This document shows positions 23,754 to 32,000 of a stretch of DNA of 32,000 nucleotides, in pieces. The translations under genes and the position numbers were made by a program. Source of the DNA: Zygophlyctis sp. KS116 (lineage: Eukaryota; Fungi; Chytridiomycota); contig BAAFSQ010000075.1 of NCBI GenBank assembly GCA_054661495.1, positions 8,090-40,089 of the forward strand. The letters are read 5' to 3'. The notes below the pieces were generated by a model. That model made no database searches. It was given only the letters and a program-made list of their open reading frames with translations, and was not told the DNA's origin. How positions within the stretch are numbered: position 1 is the first letter of the stretch; each line of letters starts with the position of its first letter.

Positions 23754-24012
23754 TTTTAACCGCGAAATTGACCGATATTATCAATGTAAAACCTGATAAA
23801 TCAATTAAAAATCAAAAATTTTATTCTAAAATCTAAAACAAAAGCGATGACTAACCTGGTTGATTATTCTAATGTAGATCTCTTGCAGGCTTTGGGCTTC
23901 GAGAAAATTTTACGCTTTGCTTAAAGTCTTTTTGCCGTTTCAAATTTGGCTCGCGGAAACGAAAAGCAGATAATTCTTATCTTTGATCCAAAACTTGAAA
24001 AAAATTTCTACA

Positions 24013-24829
24013 ATGTCGACTGATCCATCGTTTGATTTTGGAAATATTGAATTGCGATGCGATTCCTCTTGTATGATAATGAGTATGGCTCATCATACTT
24101 GTATCATGGAGTCTCCAGACTCTATTGACTCTCCAGACTCTCTTAATGACATTGATCAAGAAGAAATAGAAATTTCAGTCAAAGAATCTCAAGGAGCTGG
24201 TGAATGTAAAGTTTCTGCTCATAATATGAATAATGATGTCTGTAAATCTTATGATCAGTATGATCATATCAAAGCTCCTGCTAATTGTTTTCTGTTGTAC
24301 AGATCACATGTTCTAAAGGATATAACTGCTAAATATCCTGGACATAGTAGTCGATCAATTACTAGTATTGTTGCTGAAAATTGGAAAAATGAACCTGAAA
24401 CAGTCAAGGATCATTTTAAAGGGATGGCTGCGAAAGAAAAGGCTCAATTTAAAAGGAGATTTCCGGAATATAGGTATCATGTTCCTACTTAAATTTAGGA
24501 GAATAATTAAGCCAAAAGTTCGAAAGAGATCGGATTCTTTCCGGGCAATCCATTCAGGTTTAGGCTCACAACGAGTATTTAGCCCTGGCAGCACCCCTAA
24601 TGAGAGTTCTGGATCATTGAATTGTGATTCTACTGGACGCAAAAGAAGTTATTCAATGCCGGTGATGCCAGAGTTAATTATGAATGATTTTCAAAAGAGA
24701 AGTAGTTTGACATTTAATAATATTCTTGGTCTTGGCACAAACTCAAAATTGGGGCCTCTGTTGCCAATGGAGAAATTAAATTCTTGCAAAAAAAGTTATT
24801 TGGCTGAAGCTTTTGGGGGATTGATTTGA
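24013..24829 (+). CDS. Sequence-specific (MATA_HMG/SOX-like) HMG-box transcription factor, ~263 aa
   Basis: IKAPANCFLLYRS...ITSIVAENWKNEPETVKDHFKGMAAKEKAQFKRRFPEYR. A 25-nt intron (24474-24498) joins ORFs 23983 and 24368. Confidence 0.85.
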
Positions 24830-24872
24830 TTTTTTATACGTTTTTAGAATACTGATTTATTTTTGTAGTAAA

Positions 24873-26640
24873 TTAACGCCCCTTTAGTGAGGATTTTTTA
24901 CTCTTCAACTTTTCAACTGCTGTAGCCTTTTTCTTTTTTGAATACTGGATTTGATTGTATAAATGCTTATCTTTTTTACTCATCATAATCTTTGCAAGAT
25001 CCTTATTTTCCTTTTCCTGGATTTCAGTTTCACTCTTAACCTTTCGCTTAGATTTTTCAGGTTTAGATGAGTAATCTGCAAAAGAAACTCCTGAAGCTTC
25101 TGCTTCTAATTCTTCTTGATGGGCAAGATCTTTTTCTTGCTCTTCAGTGACGATATCCTCCATAGATTCCTTTTCATTTTCAGATTCTTCAATATCTTCT
25201 GTAGGATTATAATCTCCGTCTCTTGCAACAACAAATGGAGATAAATGGTTAGGAAGAGTTTCTCCAATATGATATCCATCAGTGTTCAAAATTTTACCTG
25301 CATTGATGCAGTCAAACACCCATTGTGGTTGTAAAAATTCACGTTTGTCAAAAGCCTTTAATTCTGGTGCAATACTTGGTCTATCGATAATATGATGAGT
25401 AATTTCAGTGTCATCTACTTTAAAGGGAGATGCTGAACCAACAGTATCATCCCAACCAACACGCCCACCAAAGGATCTAATAACAAATTCCAGAGCGTAT
25501 CTAGGCACTTCTCTATTTAAGTAGAACTTACAGCCTGAAAAGAGAGAAGAAAATTTCTTATCGTCCTGTGACTTTGAAATTATAGAATCAAAAGATGGTA
25601 AAAATTCATCTAAATTCTCTTCAGGTACCACTGGTTTAGGAACTCTAACCTCTAAATCCTGTGACTCTTCCTCCAGCTCTTCCACATCCATATTTTCAAT
25701 CTTTGAGATTTTGTCTTGTAGGTTAACCATTTTTTTCAAACTTTTCAAGGGTGTATCAACTTTTGAATACTGCTGTTTTTCAAATTCTGAAATAAAGTGA
25801 TCATCTTCCTTGATCCTTTCAAATTCAAAAGCATCCAATTCTGCAGCCTGTTCTTGTAAATTTTTAATTAATTTTGGAGGATAGACTAAATTTATCTCTG
25901 AATATAATTTATAGTTTATAAATCCCAATAGAGTCGTATAAAACTCTAAAAATGTACCCATAACCTTAAAATCAACGTCTGTTGGAACCTATTTTGAGTA
26001 ATAATGAATTTACATGTTGAGAATAAGCATAAGGAACAATCCAAGTAATTTTTTCACCTTTAATTTCAACTTGATAATAAATCCCCTTGATTGACAAAAA
26101 AACTTTTCTTAGAGAATTTGTCATTATAATGTAATTTTGAAATTCTAGAGCCAATTTCTGACAACTTTTAACCACTTCACTATTAATTTTATCATTAGTA
26201 GGAAGAGTAGCAAATAAGAAAATCATGGATAGAGAATCATCCAAATCCTTTAGAGCATCCAAGAATGAAGGATACCTTTCCTTTATTAGATGATCAATGT
26301 TAAAAGTAGGAGTTTTTTCTAGTAAACTTTTAACGACTGCAGATTGTTTTTTCCCTTGAGCCTTTTTCAATTTTTTATCATGAATTTTCAAAACTCTTAA
26401 ACTTTGCAGGAGTGGCTCATGCATTAAGAATGCAATGTCTTTTTTGTAGTAAAATGTTTTATGAGCAGTTGAACCCTTTCCAACTTTTTTCTTATTTTTA
26501 GGTTCTCTTGGATAAATTCCTTTTAGAATGCATAATTTTCTAAAGTCACTAAGATTGATCTGTAGCTTTCTGACCGCCGATGCCCTAGAAATGAAATTTG
26601 AGACTTGTCCTTTGAGATCTTTTTGAATCTTTTTTCCCAT
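24873..26640 (-). CDS. NOP7: Pescadillo/Nop7 ribosome biogenesis protein, ~580 aa
   Basis: FRKLCILKGIYPREPK, IKERYPSFLDALKDLDD, FLSIKGIYYQ and a BRCT domain (FYLNREVPR, QPQWVFDCIN). Intron 25989-26013. Confidence 0.96.
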
Positions 26641-26754
26641 TTTTCAAGGTTTCAAACCTAATTTTATTCATTTTATTCGTTTAATAATGTGATAAAATTT
26701 ATATAATATTAGAAAAAACTAAAAATTCTACAAAATAGAATTTTCTAAAGAAAT

Positions 26755-27336
26755 CTATAGTCTATCTTGATGAAGTGTAAATCCAGGCGGAGAAATTTTA
26801 TCATGAAATGAAGAATCAGATCCAAAATCTACAAAAGATCCCTTGTCTAAATTAATTAAAAATCCTGAATTGAATGGTGAATAAAATTGAACTGGTTCTT
26901 GTATCGGTATATTTTTTGTAATAGGTTCAATGACTAATGACCCTGATGAATTATCCGATGATGATAAAATTTCATCATCTTTTGAAAATGATAAATTCGG
27001 ACATGTTTTCAGAATTTCCTGTTGTATTGATTTTTCTTTTTGAATAAATTTCCTTTGAATACCTAATTTCTTGTCTTGTTCTACTTTTAAAATATTTTCT
27101 ACTTTTAGAGTTGATCCTTTTCTTTTTAAAGCCAATTGTACTAGTCCTTGAATAGAATCATCAGATGTCTCCTTTATATTAACATTTTTGAATTTTAAGA
27201 CTGGATATTTTCTAGTTTTTTTGACAATTGTCCTGATTGGATCTTTTTCCCTTCTTTTATAGTTTACAGATATAAAAGTAGACGCTGAAATTGATAGGAA
27301 TGTAACAATCAAGACTATTACCAGTATTGCGGACAT
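26755..27336 (-). CDS. Hypothetical protein with an N-terminal signal anchor/TM helix
   Basis: 193-aa ORF beginning MSAILVIVLIVTFLSISASTFI, followed by a basic stretch. No family recognised. Confidence 0.55.
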   Translation of the reverse strand: MSAILVIVLIVTFLSISASTFISVNYKRREKDPIRTIVKKTRKYPVLKFKNVNIKETSDDSIQGLVQLALKRKGSTLKVENILKVEQDKKLGIQRKFIQKEKSIQQEILKTCPNLSFSKDDEILSSSDNSSGSLVIEPITKNIPIQEPVQFYSPFNSGFLINLDKGSFVDFGSDSSFHDKISPPGFTLHQDRL

Positions 27337-27523
27337 TTTAGATTTAAAAGATTGAAAAAAAGTGACGTAAGGCTATTGTTTAAGAGGATTTAGATCTAGT
27401 CTACTCTATGGCACTATGAATAGTAAAACTCACTAGTCCGAAATAAAGTGAAATTATTAGTGAATAAAAAGCTAATAATAAGACTTAAAAATTCACAATT
27501 TAAAAGTGCAAAATTCAAGGAAA

Positions 27524-29915
27524 ATGATACAGATTCATTTACTAGCATCAATCAGGAAATGCATTCATACAGAGGCAAAGAATGCAATTCTAAAATTTAA
27601 ATCTCTGACAATTCCAGAGCAAAAGTTGAATTTAATTCAAGAATTTGTAAAAAAGAATCTGGAAATTTCACAAATTAGCAATGCATTGTACAAGATTATG
27701 AAAATCTCTAATCATGAGACTGCTTACAGAATATTTTTGATCTTTATATCTAGCGGAAGGAAATTTGATGGAATAAATTCCGAGTGTTTTGATCATGTAA
27801 TTAAAATACTAGTAGAAAATAAAAGGATGGATAAGGCTGAAAGAGTAATTTCTTTTAGAATAATTCTAGATCATTTTAGAAATGAAGAAATTTGGGCTGA
27901 CTTGTTCAAAACAGAATTATATTAGGCTTTTAAGCGGTTATGCAAGATGTATAGATAGAAAATTAGTTACAGAAAAGGGATTTGAAACGCATGGTCTGAT
28001 TGAAACTTTTGAAAAGATTAAAATGAAATTCACTCTAAATGTTGCTACTTATAATACATTATTCAAAGTAATGGCTAAAGGTGGGTTATTGGGGGTTATG
28101 GTGGAGTATTATGGAGAGATGTTACAAAATAGGATTTTACCAAATGTCGAAACATCTCTTTATTTTACTCTGGCTTTGGCTAAAAGGATGAAGCATGAAA
28201 ATATAACAGAACCATTTTTACCATTACTCTCTCATCATCCAGAACCAAAATCAATTATAAAAATATTCAATGATATGTTGCTGAAGAAATTGACATTTAA
28301 ATATTCAAATATGCAAGGAAAATCGATTTTATCAAGGGTCAAGAGGGATTTTGGGAAACAAGAGTTATTATCAAATTCTATAAAGGATATGATATTAAAA
28401 ATGGGATTAGATGATGGAAATGATGCAGATATTTTAATACAATCAGTCTCTACTAGGTTTATCTTTGGTTGTAGTGAAAATGTGGACTTTATGAAGGATT
28501 TTAATCCGCTGGAATTAAGGACTGAAGCTTATAGTTCTCTTATTATCGAGCTCTGTAAAAGGAATTTGGATAAACAAGTTCAAGAAAAATTTAATGAAAT
28601 GATTCATGATGGTATTACTCCGTCTGTACAGATTTATACGGCTATAATATCTATGCTAGGCTCATTGAATGATTTAGAAGGTGTTAATTATTATCTAGAT
28701 GATATGCGTACGAGAAATGTCAATCCAAATATTGCTACTTATAATGAATTTTTAAATATTTTATCAATGAAGAATTCAGATTTGTCAAATCTTTCTGAAT
28801 TTGATTCGGAAAAATATGATCAGAATACAACTTTTAAGACTCTCAAGGTAGATCTCGCTAAATCTAAGGCTGAAAAAATGGATTTAATATCTTCAATTAC
28901 GTTCAACGCAGAATTAAAGCCATCAAAGGATATATACCATCGCTTGATTCGAGACTTGATAAAACACACGATTCCTCAGTTTTCTTCCTTAAGGTTTGAT
29001 CGTCTGAACTATATGTATGGGCTTCCAAAGGAATATGAGATTGAAACAGATGTTCCATTTTCTGTAATATCTCATGAAGGAATGAATTTTGAATTAGAAG
29101 ATAATATCGAAATTAAAGACAATTTACAGTCAAGTGATTACGCCATAAAAAATCCTTTATTCGGGGACTATATGACTGGTTCTGCTCCCTCGGATTCAAC
29201 TATGTGGCTGGCAAAAAAGATATTTGATGATATGGTTAATGCAGGAGTGGCACCTCACGAAAATACTTTTCGATGTTTATTTTTGGGTCATATTGCTCGG
29301 AATGAAATCAACATCGCAATTTCAGTATATTTGCAAATGATGAGTCAATTCAACATTCGGCCATCTTTGAGCTTTCGACTGGAAGCTTATGGTATTTTGT
29401 TGCTCAAAGGCCAGTACAGCTTGCTAGCTGATGTAATTAAGCTGTACTTGACTTCAGATATAAATGAAAAAGACTGGATATATATTAGATATTTGATTTT
29501 TCATAAAGCTATTCAACAAGAATCAAAGTTTTCAGATTCAATTACTGATCAAGTGATGAATCTTCATTCTGCTCTCTGCATAAAAGGCGGGGGAATACAT
29601 AAATCTGTTGTATTGGATGCTCTTTATTGCAATGGGTTTGTTGACGAAAATTATTCTTCTTTTGATCGCCTTTGGACATGGATCGCAGAAAATAATTTAG
29701 TAGACGGAGATAGTATTATATATTATATTGAAAGGTTGTTATTGGCTGGAAAAGTAGATGAAATAATGTACACCTGCACTACTAGCATTGTAGAGGGGAA
29801 CTTGAAGCTTGCTGCAGAGGAACTTGAAGAGATCTTATTGCTTCTTGATCGTGCCGGCTCAGGACTTCTTGCGGGAGCTATACGCCTGTTCTGGAGGAAT
29901 AAAAATAATTCATGA
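27524..29915 (+). CDS. Pentatricopeptide-repeat (PPR) protein, probably mitochondrial, ~788 aa
   Basis: PPR motifs TYNTLFKVMAKGG...MLQNRILPNVET, AYSSLIIELCKR...GITPSVQ, IYTAIISMLG...NVNPNIATYN. Intron 27845-27869 joins ORFs 27506 and 27882. Confidence 0.85.
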
Positions 29916-29936
29916 GCTAAATATTCTGTCAAGAAT

Positions 29937-31601
29937 TTAAAGACGTTTTTTACTTCTCTTAGTTACTTTTGCTATCTGAAAGCACTTTTGAACACTTTTG
30001 ATGGCGTCTTGAGAGCGTTTCGTCATTTCCGGCATGACTTCTAGCTGATTACTTATGACGGTGCTATCTGGCAAACTATCATCATCAGGATTGAGAGCTC
30101 TATGCCCTATCCAAGAGCTCTGACGCTGATACAGTGGATTCGCAATGGTCATGGGGCGATACATATCCTTGGTACTAAATTATGTAAAAATATCATACTT
30201 AAAATACCTTTTTATCTTTTCTACATTTGAAAGAGACATCGAATCGACAAAAGCACTCACAGCAGATCTTGATGTTTTAAAATCTTCCGTTTTCTTGTCT
30301 AATTTATGTTTTTTGATTTGATCACCTTCTTTATATATTGTCCAGGGTATTGTTGGAAAGGAGCAATCTCTGATATCATCTTTGAATGGGATTTTACAGA
30401 ACAGTCCCTGGCCCTTGGGATTACAAGAAAGAATTCCCAGCTTTGGCGAGGCGCCGGCTATTCTACAGTATCTGATTAGAGCATAAGAGTTCTTTTCATG
30501 AAGTGCAGACATTAGTCCAGAAAAAGCCTCTAATGCACGATTATTCTGCGGTTCAGGAACAACCAACATAACACCACCAGAAAAATAATGCCTCGGCACA
30601 TCATCTGCAGAGGTGAATCCAATAATTTCAAAGCATTTTTCAGTCTTTAACTCCCACATTTGTTCATCATCAGCATACACAGGAACAAGTTTCCTACCGT
30701 AATAATAAGCTTTTACAAGTTCATTTCGTGAAACTTCTTCCGGAAGACTTTCCACATCATTCAGATCCCTACTATTTATTTTATAGACATATTCAGTATT
30801 CCTTGTAACTAAATGATCTACTTTACCCTTTGAGTTCCACATTGACGAAGAAGGGGGCTTGAATTCAGCAGTTTTATTAAAGACATGAATTGGTATGACC
30901 AAAGAAGAGTTTGATTGATCGTTTTGATTTCCAAGAACTAAATTGCCTCTGAATGTGGTAACTGGCCGAACTGATTTAGTTTTTGGTAGCAGCAGAAATT
31001 CTCTTGCATCTCGGCTTTCAACTTTTGATCCCCCGACCTGTCCAATAAATGAATTTAAAGCAACCAGATTTTGCTGGAGGATCTCCGAATTCGCCGCTGG
31101 ATATATAATAAATGTTATTCTTGCATTCATTTCAATAGTTTTTTCTATAATGCTATCTAAGCCATCGAGGAATAAGGGTGTTGATAGATTAGAGAAAACA
31201 AATAACTTTTTTTCAGTTTTTGATTTAGCAAATTGTGAAGATAGCATATGTAGTCCAAGAACAATTCCTCCAAAGATATCCGCCTCTTGATCTCCCCTTT
31301 CAGTTCCTAGTTTAACATAGTGCGCCAAAGCAGCATCTGGCATCTTTATAAACTTGGAGTCATTATTTTCATAGCCATAAACGCTCAAATGATCATAATC
31401 TGATCCGAGATCTTCCTTCAAGTGATTTGCTGAGCCTTGAGTTCCCATCAGAACCAATGAAACCAAGTCCGTTTTTCGAGCTTCAAAAATCTTGAAATGA
31501 ACCATTTTAAAAAGATCTTCATGAGCTTCTTCGAATTGATTATTTTTCTGCATTGTAGGAGATACATCTATCAAGAAAATAGTAGCTTCTTTACCTGCCA
31601 T
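29937..31601 (-). CDS. KU80: Ku80 (vWA plus Ku core), ~543 aa
   Basis: MAGKEATIFLIDVSPTM (ATG 31601), RKTDLVSLVLMGT, LVKAYYYGRKLVP, IPFKDDIR, IANPLYQR. Intron 30175-30207 (or 30175-30198). Confidence 0.9.
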
Positions 31602-31683
31602 TGAAAACTCGCCAAGTACTAGGTTCACGAGATTCCAATCAATCGAATGCAATTATTAAATTATTTGATGTAATTAGTGCGTG

Positions 31684-31718
31684 CCGATGAATCACTCGCT
31701 ACCGATGAATCACTTGCT
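31684..31718. repeat. Imperfect direct repeat CCGATGAATCACT(C/T)GCT x2 upstream of Ku80
   Basis: ccgatgaatcactcgct-a-ccgatgaatcacttgct, about 80-115 nt upstream of the Ku80 ATG. Confidence 0.7.
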
Positions 31719-32000
31719 GAGGCTTATAAGTTTAACTGCGCAGCCATCTCAGTGCAGTAAGAAAATTACAGACTGTATTTTAGTGTTCGTTTTTGTGGCC
31801 CATTCGCCATAGAACACGCTCTTTCAAAATGTAGATTTTGTACGGATCGCTCTCGATGTGGATTTGATTGCAGCCAATAATCATACCCATGCATTCCTAA
31901 AGAAATATGATTGAGTTCCTTTCAAGCAAATGCACACATATTTGTGTAAGTACACTGATAAAACAATTAAAAACCGCGTGAAATCGTCCATAGATCATTC

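Noticed and set aside
23983-24829. Programmed frameshift or pseudogene suggested by overlapping ORFs (HMG gene; likewise PEPCK, PPR, Nop7, DRG1)
   Set aside because: Each frame break is resolved by a canonical 24-33 nt GT-AG intron that restores the reading frame and, where present, the conserved motifs.
1532-31290. Short antisense or alternate-frame ORFs in the track (e.g. 1532, 4631, 5004, 6352, 7822, 9256, 12320, 12744, 13213, 13395, 15564, 17487, 19927, 20255, 21611, 23977, 24355, 30943)
   Set aside because: They are shadows of well-supported genes and show no recognisable motifs.
1-32000. Alternative genetic code with stop-codon reassignment
   Set aside because: Internal TAA/TAG codons fall inside predicted introns, and genes end at TAA, TAG or TGA at the expected positions (e.g. 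Cdc20 IR-TAG, DRG1 at 367 aa).
1-32000. Prokaryotic operon, CRISPR array, prophage or transposon
   Set aside because: The genes are spliced eukaryotic genes. I saw no repeat-spacer array, transposase, reverse transcriptase or terminal repeats.

Overview
AT-rich, very gene-dense eukaryotic DNA in the standard genetic code. It most likely comes from a flagellated, early-diverging fungus (chytrid-like). This is inferred from ciliary genes (AHI1/Jouberin, DNALI1/p28, a JHY-like gene) occurring with fungal-type ATP-PEPCK, ATP synthase subunit j and Cdc37. The ORF track is fragmented because genes are split by tiny GT-AG introns; I reconstructed more than 50 by hand, 24-33 nt long. After splicing, the window holds about 21 genes: a partial HEAT/ARM-like protein, a cyclin, Cdc25 phosphatase (catalytic domain missed by the ORF track), AHI1, Cdc37, Orc5, Atp18 (missed), Pck1, a secreted/membrane protein, DRG1/Rbg1, an ankyrin protein, a Nudix hydrolase, a LisH-WD40 protein, DNALI1, JHY-like, Cdc20, a MATA-type HMG-box factor, Nop7/PES1, a single-TM orphan, a PPR protein and Ku80. 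Top finding: an intact Cdc25 gene lies directly upstream of a cyclin on the same strand. One 40-nt GT-AG intron (3842-3881) would remove the Cdc25 stop codon and join the two in frame as a ~750-aa Cdc25-cyclin fusion. All gene models are manual, all family calls rest on recalled motifs rather than database searches, and RNA-seq is needed to confirm them.
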